A DNA stretch of 63,895 nt, counting the filler, from Welwitschia mirabilis (Eukaryota): the NCBI GenBank assembly GCA_051453625.1. It is 6 parts of one record of this genome, joined end to end, with 100 filler letters (N's around TTAATTAATTAA, not from the genome) between each part and the next. Parts side by side here need not be neighbours in the genome. Positions count along the whole stretch, not along the records: positions 25,075 to 50,754 come from JBOZIK010000001.1; 5 more parts are not named here. The stretch is one strand, 5' to 3'. Shown here in pieces: positions 25,075 to 38,300 of this stretch. The position numbers and the translations under genes are program-made. The notes below the pieces were generated by a model, which saw only the letters and a list, made by a program, of their open reading frames with translations, was not told where the DNA came from and did no database searches. Position 1 is the stretch's first letter. Each line of letters starts with the position of its first letter.

Positions 25075-28000
25075 TATCCTACCTTGTGAGGAAAACCTGA
25101 TGAAGATTCTCTATAACACATCGCTAAAATTAAACAACTCATTCTTAATTCTGGAAACAGTAAGAAGCGCATAACTAATAGAACCTATATGGTTATTTTT
25201 CCCATCATATTAAGAGATAAGGCAAAACTTTAGCTTAGAACAATCCCTCATAAGAGCCTAAAATCTTGAATCCAAGTATAAGAAGCCTTTATAAAAAGAT
25301 CTATGAATGAAACCACCATCCGAAAATGTAAAAAAGAAGTTATAAATTTCTAACAATTGCCTAACAAATACTATGATTCTACTTACAAGAGATTCTTTAT
25401 GGCTTTACACTTAAATCCAATAGATACCTTTTCTGAGGTAGAATTAATAGACTATTTCTATAGTGGATTAAACAGTCATACTAAATAGCTTATAAATTTC
25501 TCTTATGGAGGCAACCTCTTAAATAAAAATTTAGAAGATGCTTGGAAGATATTAGAAGATTTAGTCAAAGTAAGTCAAACTTGGCCAAAACCCTCATCTA
25601 AAGAAAATAGTACAGTAAGCCAAATTATCAAAGATCTCAAAGAAGTCAAACATGAGAAAGCTATAACCAAAATAGAAAATGAACCAACTAGCGTCATTAA
25701 GGATTTTACTTCTACTTTAGAGAAATACACCCAGATGATCCTTGATGTTAAAGTGGCAATTGAAAAAATTCAAATTGTATTTCCAACTTATGATTTATGT
25801 GAGGATAATTATCACAGCACAAAAGAGTGTCCTTTACTCCCTACATGCAAAGAGAGAATTTATGAAGAATTTAGTGCTTTGAATTAAGGACCCTCCAACT
25901 ACATTTAAAACTATAATCAAAGAGAAGTCCCCAATCATAATTTTCAACATAAGATGAATGAACAACTTAAAAATTTTAAAACACATCATCCTAACTTCCA
26001 ATCTTACTGAAATAGATTTGATTATTAAAACTTTCAATCCAACTATCAAAATAACTTAGCAAACCCCTCCAACTCCTAGAACCATAGTAATCCTCTTAGA
26101 AATTCTATTGAGGAGTTAAGAAAAACTCAATAAAAGATAAATGCAAACATAGAAAATCTTGTAAACATCTTGCAACAAACCATGCTTACCAATCAAAGAC
26201 CACAAGAGACCCTTGCCACTCAACCTTTACCAAACCCTAACAAAGTATGAAAAGATTATATGGTAGTGACAAGGAGTGGAAATGACATAACTCCCCCTAC
26301 TCATGAGGCTTCAACTTCATAAAATAACAAGAACGATAAGGAAGAGGACATAGAAATCTTACAAAATCATTCCTTCCCTTCTTCACTTAGCAATAAAAAG
26401 AAAAATTCCTTACAAAAGAAACCTGCTACCCCATGGCTTAATAGGCTTAATAAAAACCCTACCTTTGATGATCACTTGAAAGCCTTAATGCAAAATGTAA
26501 GCATTAATTTACCTTTTCGAAAACTTCTGTAAGAAAATCTCAAATACTCTAAGCTATGAAAAGACCTAATCAGAAGAAAACAAAAATGAACTATCCCTTG
26601 TAAAGTCTTCATTGCTCAAACTATTAGCAATTTAATTTCTAAAAAGTATCTAAAATTTAAAAATCCAGGGGCAGCAACTATTAGTATCACGTTAGAGGAG
26701 AATCGAAAAATTAAGAAAGCCTTAATAGATATAGGATATAGTATTAACATCATACCCTTGCACATTTGTAAACATTTAGTATTGGAAGAGAGAATAGAAC
26801 CTATGGAAATTGTCTTAGAGTTAGCTGATTCATCTGTCAAGAAATCCTTAGGTGTGATAAAGGATTTGATCATTTAGATTGAGGAAGCTTTCTACCCCAT
26901 AGATGTAGTTGTTTTTAAAGTTGAGCATCAAAATGGATATCCCCTACTTCTAAGTAGAGCTTTCTGTATAACTATCCATTACATCATAGATACTAGAACT
27001 GGATTAATGAAATGTCACTTTAAAAATAAATTATTTTCAATACAAGTCTTTGATGTAGCTAAAAAATAATTAAGAAATAATTTAGGATTAGAGGATGATA
27101 TAAAACCTAACCTATCTTTACAAAACCATCCAAATCTAAATCAAATTTTAAAATAATAAATCATAAAAATAATTAGTAAAAAATGGTGTGCACACATAGA
27201 AACGATTAAAATGACATNNNNNNNNNNNNNNNNNNNNNNNNNNNNNNNNNNNNNNNNNNNNNNNNNNNNNNNNNNNNNNNNNNNNNNNNNNNNNNNNNNN
27301 NNNNNNNNNNNNNNNNNNNNNNNNNNNNNNNNNNNNNNNNNNNNNNNNNNNNNNNNNNNNNNNNNNNNNNNNNNNNNNNNNNNNNNNNNNNNNNNNNNNN
27401 NNNNNNNNNNNNNNNNNNNNNNNNNNNNNNNNNNNNNNNNNNNNNNNNNNNNNNNNNNNNNNNNNNNNNNNNNNNNNNNNNNNNNNNNNNNNNNNNNNNN
27501 NNNNNNNNNNNNNNNNNNNNNNNNNNNNNNNNNNNNNNNNNNNNNNNNNNNNNNNNNNNNNNNNNNNNNNNNNNNNNNNNNNNNTTACAAAACCATCCAA
27601 ATCTAAATCAAATTGTAAAATAATAAATCATAAAAATAATTGGTAAAAAATGGTGTGCACACATAGAAACGATTAAAATGACATGAGGAATTTTAGATGC
27701 AACTGTAAACATAGTAGAAGCATTTGTTTCCTACCTAAGTTCTTTCTTAGCTTACTTCTTTAGTTAAATATTATAATTTTACTTGGTCATATTTTAACTT
27801 GACTTGTGTATTAATTCATAAAGTATTATGATTATTTTATACTTCAGCATTTATAAGTGGTAAGATTGGATTTACCCAATCTTAAGACATTCTCATGTCT
27901 ATGGACTGTATTTACAGAAAGATACCTTGTTTTTTGTGTTGTTTTTTTTTAAATGATAGCTAAATCTTAAGTTATTAAGGATTGTTCTTTTCTATGTTTT

Positions 28001-28078
28001 ACTTTACTTATTCACATTAGTCTTCTTAAGTGTGTAATACCATGGGAATTATTAATTTTTTGTCACAAAAAAAATGAA

Positions 28079-28109
<31 letters not shown>

Positions 28110-28325
28110 AGTGAAAAGCATGATGTCCAACCGCAAGTACACCAGGGAAAATATTTCTGAGAGGAGCCGTTAAGAGTGTAATCTGGTAGTTGTGGGAAAT
28201 CCNNNNNNNNNNNNNNNNNNNNNNNNNNNNNNNNNNNNNNNNNNNNNNNNNNNNNNNNNNNNNNNNNNNNNNNNNNNNNNNNNNNNNNNNNNNNNNNNNN
28301 NNTTTTTTGTCACAAAAAAAATGAA

Positions 28326-28356
<31 letters not shown>

Positions 28357-31295
28357 AGTGAAAAGCTTGATGTCCAACCGCAAGTACACCAGGGAAAATA
28401 TTTCTGAGAGGAGCCTTTAAGAGTGTAATATGGTAGTTGTGGGAAATCCACTGGGGGGTCAGTTGGCAATGCTTCACGGGTCCTTACTCCTCTGATAGTG
28501 GTTGCACTCTCCTCATTATGGCAAAAGAAATACAACTTTTAAGTATTCCCACTTAATCATTTCACTTTTGGAGATTTTGGTGAGTTTGTAGNNNNNNNNN
28601 NNNNNNNNNNNNNNNNNNNNNNNNNNNNNNNNNNNNNNNNNNNNNNNNNNNNNNNNNNNNNNNNNNNNNNNNNNNNNNNNNNNNNNNNNNNNNNNNNNNN
28701 NNNNNNNNNNNNNNNNNNNNNNNNNNNNNNNNNNNNNNNNNNNNNNNNNNNNNNNNNNNNNNNNNNNNNNNNNNNNNNNNNNNNNNNNNNNNNNNNNNNN
28801 NNNNNNNNNNNNNNNNNNNNNNNNNNNNNNNNNNNNNNNNNNNNNNNNNNNNNNNNNNNNNNNNNNNNNNNNNNNNNNNNNNNNNNNNNNNNNNNNNNNN
28901 NNNNNNNNNNNNNNNNNNNNNNNNNNNNNNNNNNNNNNNNNNNNNNNNNNNNNNNNNNNNNNNNNNNNNNNNNNNNNNNNNNNNNNNNNNNNNNNNNNNN
29001 NNNNNNNNNNNNNNNNNNNNNNNNNNNNNNNNNNNNNNNNNNNNNNNNNNNNNNNNNNNNNNNNNNNNNNNNNNNNNNNNNNNNNNNNNNNNNNNNNNNN
29101 NNNNNNNNNNNNNNNNNNNNNNNNNNNNNNNNNNNNNNNNNNNNNNNNNNNNNNNNNNNNNNNNNNNNNNNNNNNNNNNNNNNNNNNNNNNNNNNNNNNN
29201 NNNNNNNNNNNNNNNNNNNNNNNNNNNNNNNNNNNNNNNNNNNNNNNNNNNNNNNNNNNNNNNNNNNNNNNNNNNNNNNNNNNNNNNNNNNNNNNNNNNN
29301 NNNNNNNNNNNNNNNNNNNNNNNNNNNNNNNNNNNNNNNNNNNNNNNNNNNNNNNNNNNNNNNNNNNNNNNNNNNNNNNNNNNNNNNNNNNNNNNNNNNN
29401 NNNNNNNNNNNNNAGTAGTTTTTCATTCCAGTCATTGTTGCAATTTTTCATTTTTATTAGTTTAGATAATTCGGGATGCATTGCACATTTTAAGTGGAGG
29501 GAAGGATACACATATAATTTCAAGTATTGCATATTTCTGATATAAATTTTTTCGATTTTGAGAATACATAATTGCAAATCCTCCTTTTGAGCTAATTACT
29601 AAAATAAGATTCTTTGATTTTTACATGATGCTCATCTTTTTATTTGATAGTTTATTACAATGAGGATCTAAATATTAATATTAATGCAAAATTGGATTTC
29701 TGTCATAGGTTCAAGACCCTAAAAATATTTGAAGGAGACTATAATCCCCATTATCATCCAGACAATAAACTAGACGATAAACTTTTGATATTATACAGGT
29801 ATTTTAGTCAGTTTTTAAATTTTTAGAAATTCAGTTCATTACTGATATATACACATATATATCTCAAATACTCTTCTTATATATCCTAGCTATTTTTATT
29901 GTTTAAAAGTTAGCTCATAAATATGGTTTACCACCTGGTTTTATCAGGGACTGATAAGGCTAAGTGGAGGACTATGTTGTAACGCCAACTTATGTGTATT
30001 TGATAGGGTATTCTGAGTTGTTTTGCAGATAAATTAATAGATAATTTCTTAGTTTTTATGACAATTGAGAATCAAAGAGCACAAGAAAAAAACATGAAAA
30101 TATCAAATAAAATACAAGCAATTCATGCAGATACAAAAAAGTATCATTTTTGGATCATGATTTTATAGAAGATAAAGTAATCATACTGATAAAAGATCAA
30201 GAAAAGACTATCGTCTACCCCGTTGTCCACATGATAATCAAGACANNNNNNNNNNNNNNNNNNNNNNNNNNNNNNNNNNNNNNNNNNNNNNNNNNNNNNN
30301 NNNNNNNNNNNNNNNNNNNNNNNNNNNNNNNNNNNNNNNNNNNNNNNNNNNNNNNNNNNNNATATCCAAAATTAGTTAACAAAAGTTCATATACAGTCCG
30401 ATAGGCAGATAAATTGAAGCAAAACTAGACTTCTAAATATCCATCCTCGTTGTCTCCTCCTTTGTCTAGATGACCATAAAGATGATATTGTTTTCCCATA
30501 GTTTCACAAAATGTTTTCTTGAGTTGTCGCCTCTTTATTATGACTTTATTATGTGTGTTAGCTAGGGTTTCTCCTTTACTTTTCTATCAGTTTCCTTTTC
30601 CTTTTTGTCTATAAATAAAGGTTTCCCCCTTAATTCCTAATCATCTTTGATAATANNNNNNNNNNNNNNNNNNNNNNNNNNNNNNNNNNNNNNNNNNNNN
30701 NNNNNNNNNNNNNNNNNNNNNNNNNNNNNNNNNNNNNNNNNNNNNNNNNNNNNNNTTTGATAATACTTGACATTCTCATGACAGGAGATCTTGGGACTAG
30801 AGAACCATCTTATAATCTAGAGAGACATTACCTTGGTATTAGGTGTCATATCCTTCATTGAGAAATGAATACTTAATGATATAGATGTCTTTTATACTTT
30901 TAATATGAATTATTATTTTTGTTAATAATTGCAGGAACTTATTCCTTATATTTTATGTTGTTTAAGATTTATGACAGGTTTCTTTGATTATATAGATTAT
31001 GAAGGCAGCCTTTGTTAAGATTGAGCTTGATTAGATTAGGTGCATTGATATTTTTTTTCATAGATTAGTTTTGCATTATTATTTTAATTTTGTGCATTGC
31101 AATTTAATTTAGTAGATTAAAGTTACATATTTCTTTCTTGAAATCAACCCTTTATTATCCATATTATTGTCCTTCGACAGAATTATGACATTCGATCACT
31201 CTGACTATACTAGCGTGTTATATTTGTGCATCTTATTTGTAATTAACAGGATTTAAATTAAGGTGTGAAACATTGCATAAATTCGCACCGCAACA
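25075..31295 (+). mobile_element. Athila-like element C: gag + protease, no RT/RNase H/integrase core, 3' UTR and 3' LTR; inserted into element D
   Basis: Gag 25075-26500; protease ALIDIGYSINIIP at ~26720. After ~27135 the sequence runs into a remnant of the integrase tail and a 3' UTR matching 22900-23420. Confidence 0.85.
29975..31295 (+). mobile_element. 3' LTR of element C
   Basis: TGTTG...CAACA termini; preceded by AAGGCTAAGTGGAGGACTA; homologous to LTR 3137-5076. Confidence 0.88.
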
Positions 31296-32302
31296 CTTAT
31301 CTCCTAGTGGATTTTCCCCAGCTATCATATTACACTACCAAAGGTCCCTATCAGGAACATTTGCCTTGATATACTTGTGGTAAGCCATCATGGTCTTATT
31401 TTACTCTCTTCTTTTTTTTTCTTCTTTTTTTTTTCTTTTTTTTTTCCATAAAATTCTAAATGATTAAACACTTCAAAAGATGAAGGAAAAGTAATAAAAT
31501 AAAAGATAGAAAAGAACACCCTTAAACAATCTAAGATCTTTTATCATTTGAGAAAAACATAAGAAATAAAACATCTTCCTTCAAAATAAAGTTCATAAAT
31601 GTGTGAATGTCTCAAGATTGACTAAATTTAATCTTATCACTATAAAATGCCCAAGTACAAATGCTAATCATAGAAATAAAATAAATACATAAGTCATGTC
31701 TCAAAGATGCTCAAGTGAGGTCATAATGCCCTCCAAAGAAATAAGCTAAGAGAAAATTCAAATAATTATAGGAAAGAAGTTCTTCTCATTAGGGGGAATC
31801 TCTAAGGCTAATTCTTCTATCATGTTTATATTAGAAGGTTGCTTATATATTTTTAACCTTTGTTCCTTAACTTTCTGAATTTATTTAGTGGTTAAATCAA
31901 AACTCTCATCAGAGGCATTAGAATGTACTTTCTCAATAAGTTAAGGACCTAGCCATTTTTAGGTTAATTTGTTATGTAAAAGATACACTCTAGTATTGCA
32001 TAATAAAAATAGTTGACTAGGTTAATAGTTCTTATGGATTAGCCTTTTATCATATTTTAATTTACTTTGGGATTTGTAAATAAGTTAATTATTAATATCT
32101 CAAGTTTAATTTTTTTATCTAAATAATCTACCGGAGCTAAATAAGTTTTAGTGCTTTCTTCTAAAATTACAAGATTAAGTTAACTTGTAGAATGATGAGA
32201 ATTATAACAAACATCAATAAGTAAAACACAGACTTTACCGTATATAAGTTCATAAGGTGAAAAACCAAGTGAATTACACCAAGTGGTATGGTACGTCTAA
32301 AG

Positions 32303-35300
32303 TGATAGGATTGAGAACCCTAGAGGAGGGGATAAATAGGTTCTTTTAAAAATTTAATGATTAAACTGAAATAAATCTATTTGAATCACAACTTGCATAA
32401 ATTAACTTAAGATGTGCATAAAATAATAAGATACTAAAAGTAAAGAATAAAAAAATGAAAAGAACAAACTACCAATTTGATGCAAGCTAGATTTATAATG
32501 TTTTGAAAACTCCTCCACTCCACTCTCGATGATTAGCTTCTCCCAATCTAGAGCTTGGATCTCTATTACTCCCCCAGGTATTTTAGGTTCACCTGTAACC
32601 TTTACAAGTGGACTTTTCTAGTCTAAGTCTTAACCTTCATAATGGGCTTTTCAAGGCTTATTCTCAACTATAAAAAACAATAGTAGTGATGTAGTAATTC
32701 CTTAATAGCACAAATATCACCTGTTCTAAAATTAGTATAATATATGAAGCTCTTATCCTATAGAAGTATACTAATGTAACTCTAGATCTGATAAAGAAGA
32801 AAGTATGAATGCCAAAGGTAGATCTTCTCTTATTAGCAATGTAAAAGACAAGATACAACAATGTCAATGCATAGCTTGATCTTTCAGATCTAAATAATTT
32901 TGCCAAATGAGAATGATTTTAAAAATATCTCTTGGTCATCTATAGCTTAGCTATTTATAATGGAAGTCTATTAGATTTTATTACAATTGAATTATTCCTC
33001 CAATGGCTAAAACGGATAGAAAACAGCTACCTAGTAGCTAGATAACAGATACATAATATTTAGAAAAATTTCTTTTTAACATCATCTGGTCAAATCCACA
33101 AAAACCTTGTTGACCCCATGTAGTGTCATGAATTATCTAAGGGAAATATTTGGTCATTCTAGGTTTTTATGTTTCCATATCTAGTTGACCCCATTTAGGT
33201 CCAGTCGACCCTAGTCTGGTCAATTTCATCCTGCATCTGGTTAACCCCTTGTCTCTTAGTCTAAGAATACTATCTTTTAGGTCCTTAAATCTAATACACC
33301 CCATGAAAATCTAGTCAAATCCTTGTCATTTAGTCCAGGGATAATGATTCTCTAAGTTATATGTCTAGTTGATCCCTTCAAAATCTAATCAATCCCTTGG
33401 GGTGTAGTTCATTTTCCTTTGATAGCTTCAGGTGTGGTCAACCTCTTTAGGATCTAGTTGACCCCTCTAAATGGTAAACCAACTAAATATGTTTCTGATG
33501 CATATTTTAATTTCATCTTTTAAGCTATAAAAACACAAACTCTTCTACACAAAATATACAATATTTGCTATACAAGAGATATTAGTTTGATATCAATTGG
33601 CAAAATATAATCTAACAATCTCCCCATTTGATATTGATGGCAAAAAAATAAGTGATTTTAAGATCAAAAAAATTTAAGCTCTTTTACAAAAAAAATTTAA
33701 AGCATATAATAAGAACTCTCCCTTTCACAAAGCCATATAAACAACATTAAGAAAAGGGTATATATAAATTATTTCTGAAACAAACCATTTTTAGTTAATG
33801 CATATGTTCGAAAACATTGCATTTTCTCCCCCTTTAACATCAATGATAGAAAAATATAAACCTTAAATATGTGTGTAAAAATATCAAATTTTCTTCCCCT
33901 AACATTATGTCATATGTAAAAATAATAATCATGATAGAGTTATAAAGAAGTATGTAAAAGAGATGATAATTTTCAATTCATAATGTCCAAAATGAAAAAT
34001 GGTTAATATGATAAGATAAAATAAAACATAAAAATATTTAAAAATCATAGATAAAAGTCCACAAAAATNNNNNNNNNNNNNNNNNNNNNNNNNNNNNNNN
34101 NNNNNNNNNNNNNNNNNNNNNNNNNNNNNNNNNNNNNNNNNNNNNNNNNNNNNNNNNNNNNNNNNNNNNNNNNNNNNNNNNNNNNNNNNNNNNNNNNNNN
34201 NNNNNNNNNNNNNNNNNNNNNNNNNNNNNNNNNNNNNNNNNNNNNNNNNNNNNNNNNNNNNNNNNNNNNNNNNNNNNNNNNNNNNNNNNNNNNNNNNNNN
34301 NNNNNNNNNNNNNNNNNNNNNNNNNNNNNNNNNNNNNNNNNNNNNNNNNNNNNNNNNNNNNNNNNNNNNNNNNNNNNNNNNNNNNNNNNNNNNNNNNNNN
34401 NNNNNNNNNNNNNNNNNNNNNNNNNNNNNNNNNNNNNNNNNNNNNNNNNNNNNNNNNNNNNNNNNNNNNNNNNNNNNNNNNNNNNNTAAGATAAAATAAA
34501 ACATCAAAATATTTAAAAATCATAGATAAAAGTCCACAAAAATTATAAATAGATTAATATAGAAATGATAAAATAGATGACGATCTTTTGTTCTGCTGCT
34601 ATAATGGTTACAAAACTTTAAAATACTGGGCAACCAAGTATAAAACCAGTCGACTAACCTATTCTAGTTGACTAAATTACTAGTTCGTTTGACTGTCCTG
34701 CTATTAACTATAGGATGGTGAGATAACCCCCAATTCATGTCTGAGATAAATAAAAGTATCAAAATTTANNNNNNNNNNNNNNNNNNNNNNNNNNNNNNNN
34801 NNNNNNNNNNNNNNNNNNNNNNNNNNNNNNNNNNNNNNNNNNNNNNNNNNNNNNNNNNNNNNNNNNNNNNNNNNNNNNNNNNNNNNNNNNNNNNNNNNNN
34901 NNNNNNNNNNNNNNNNNNNNNNNNNNNNNNNNNNNNNNNNNNNNNNNNNNNNNNNNNNNNNNNNNNNNNNNNNNNNNNNNNNNNNNNNNNNNNNNNNNNN
35001 NNNNNNNNNNNNNNNNNNNNNNNNNNNNNNNNNNNNNNNNNNNNNNNNNNNNNNNNNNNNNNNNNNNNNNNNNNNNNNNNNNNNNNNNNNNNNNNNNNNN
35101 NNNNNNNNNNNNNNNNNNNNNNNNNNNNNNNNNNNNNNNNNNNNNNNNNNNNNNNNNNNNNNNNNNNNNNNNNNNNNNNNNNNNNNNNNNNNNNNNNNNN
35201 NNNNNNNNNNNNNNNNNNNNNNNNNNNNNNNNNNNNNNNNNNNNNNNNNNNNNNNNNNNNNNNNNNNNNNNNNNNNNNNNNNNNNNNNNNNNNNNNNNNN

Positions 35301-38300
35301 NNNNNNNNNNNNNNNNNNNNNNNNNNNNNNNNNNNNNNNNNNNNNNNNNNNNNNNNNNNNNNNNNNNNNNNNNNNNNNNNNNNNNNNNNNNNNNNNNNNN
35401 NNNNNNNNNNNNNNNNNNNNNNNNNNNNNNNNNNNNCAACTGTCTTTGCATTATCTAGACGAAATCATTTGATCAAATCTCTTGCATATTTGGATTGATA
35501 GATAAATATTCCCTCTTTAGATTACTTAATTTGAAGTCCAAGAAAGATTTTAAATTCATCAAGCATACTCATTTATAATTGATTTATGATAATATTTGCA
35601 AATACTTTTGACAACTTTTCATTTTAGGCACCAAAAATAATATCATCTACATAAATCTGTATAATAATGAAATTATTTTTCAATTTGCTCAAAATAAAGT
35701 TTTGTCTACTATTCCTCAAACAAATCCATTTTCATTTAAAAAGGTAGCTAACTTTTTATACCATACTCTTAGAGCTTGTTTTAATTCATATAAAGCTTTC
35801 TTAAGCCTATATACATGATCAGATTCATAAGGATCAATAAAACCTTATGGTTGTTTAACATGAACTTTTTCAATTAATGATCCATTTAGAAAAACTTTTT
35901 ACATCCATTTGATAAACTTTGAAGTTCTTAAAGGCTGAAAAGGATAAAAACATTCTAATTCTATCCAACCTTGCAACAGGAGAAAAAGTATCTCCTACAT
36001 TAATGCCTTATATTTGGTTGTAGCCTTGAGCTACTAGTCTTGCTTTGCTTTTGATAACATTGTTTTCTTCATCACGCTTGTTCTTAAAGATCCATTTTGT
36101 ATCAATAACATTCTTATATTTTAGTCTCCTTACTAGTTTCCAAACATTATTTTTTTTGAACTGTTGTAGCTCATCTTACATTGCCAACATCCATTCTTTA
36201 TGAGTTTTTGCTTATTCAAAGTTCTTGGGCTCTATCTTTGAAACATAACAAACATGAGCATATAAATTTTTCATAGAACCTATTGTCTTTACTTTTGAGT
36301 TAAATTCTCTAATAACAGATTCTATCAAATGATATTTAAGAAGTTTAGGATTTTTCAGAGTGCCTACTTTTACTTAAATTTCATTTGTTTTAATAGCATC
36401 TTGATTTGATGTGGGAATACTTGTGGTTATGGTTTCTTCTTCATTTGTGTAGTTTTTTTTCTATCAAGTCTATCAATTTTCACATTTATTGATTCTTCTA
36501 TTGTTAAACTTTTTTTGTGAAAAACACGATAGGCTCTACTTCTCATTGAGTATCCTAAGAAAATAGCTTCATCAACTTTCAATTCAAACTTTCTTAAGTG
36601 TTCTCTATCTTTTAAGATATATAATTTAATTTTAAAGACTTTAAAGTATGACATATTTTATTGTATTCTTTTCCGAGCTCATAAGATGTTTTATTGGTAC
36701 TAGGTTTAAGATATACTCTATTAATAATATAACATGTTGTGCTAATTACCTCAGTCCAAAACAATTTAGGTACTTCCTTATCATTTAACATAGTTCGAGC
36801 CATTTCTTAAAGAACTTTATTCTTTCTTTCAACTATGTGGTGTTTTTGAAGATGAAAACTGATAATAAATACCATTTTCAATGCAATAATTCTCAAGAAA
36901 ATGATTTTCAAATTCACGAACATGATCACTTCTTATTTTATTTATAGTATTACCTTTTTCATTTTGAATCTTATTGCAAATTTCAACCCAATGTTTANNN
37001 NNNNNNNNNNNNNNNNNNNNNNNNNNNNNNNNNNNNNNNNNNNNNNNNNNNNNNNNNNNNNNNNNNNNNNNNNNNNNNNNNNNNNNNNNNNNNNNNNCTT
37101 TGAAATCTATCTGAATCAACAAATTTTAAGATCATTAGCTTTCACTCACATAGTCCTTTAGACTTATGTGGTACATCCTTTTTAGGAATAAACTTAAATG
37201 GAAGGGAGCTAACTGAATTTGAAAACAACATTAATTTTTTAGCATTACATATAAGTTTTGAACAGCCTATTTTTCCATAGAAATGACAAGTAACATTTGA
37301 AGAAAAATTACCATTGCTGGTTACCTGATTTTGCTATGTTTGAGGTTTTTAAGAGATGAAGCCAATACCTGATTTGATGCCAACTAATTTCTAAACTCCA
37401 AATATTTATTCCAATTTGGTCGATCCACATGAAAACTTATTAACAAAATAAGATAATTCTTTTACTTATAAAGTGGATTGAAGTTTTTGGATTTGACTCT
37501 TGTGAGACTTGATTCCATCTCCTCCTTTTTCTTAGTGAGGGATTTTATAACCTTGTTTAAGTCATTTATCCTTCTAGCTAGTTGTTCACATTCTTGATAT
37601 AACTCTTGATAAGTGTCTTCCAAATCTTCTTGTTCTTCATTTCTCATATCATCATCATCATGGATTAATGTATTTTGCACATTCTATAATAGAGGCACAA
37701 AAGCCATAAAAGAAATTCTTCTTTCTTTGTTATGTTCTAGAGTATCTCTTTTGTTTCTTTCACTTTATTCCTATGAGTTTTTACTAGCTGCAATCTATTT
37801 AAAAAAATAACCATATACTATTCAATAAATCCAAATAAAGGCACAGGTATTTAGGGAGGGCATACTTAAAAAATCATCATCAAAAGCTACCATTATGGGG
37901 TTCTAAGTCTAGACTGGTTAAGATCTAAGAAAATAACTTAATCTGCTCTGATACTAAATGATAGAATTGAGAATCCTAGGTAAGGGGTGAATAAGTTCTT
38001 TCAAAAATTTAACAATTAAACTAAAATAAATCTATTTGAACCATAACTTTTATAAATTAATCTATAATGTGCATAAAATATTAAGATACTGAAAGTAAAT
38101 AATCAAAAATGAACAGCACAAACTAGTAATTTGATGTAAGCCAGATTTATAGTGGTTTAAGAACTTCCTTACTCCACTCTCAATGATCAGCTTCTCCCAA
38201 CGTAGATCTCAGTTCTCTGTTACTTCCCCCAGGTATTCCAAGTTCACTTATAACCTTTATAAGTGGACTTTTTTAGGCTAAGTCTCAACCTTTACAATGG

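Noticed and set aside
28120-28522. 5S rRNA/Cassandra-like similarity (GTTAAGAGTG, TGGGAAATCC) or a hammerhead ribozyme in the 3' UTR block
   Set aside because: The spacing does not fit 5S, other copies lack the box A match, and there is no CUGANGA/GAAA core.
28360-28535. Antisense ORF CHNEESATTIRGVRT... in the conserved block
   Set aside because: The homologous copy in B has an indel, stops and mostly non-synonymous differences.
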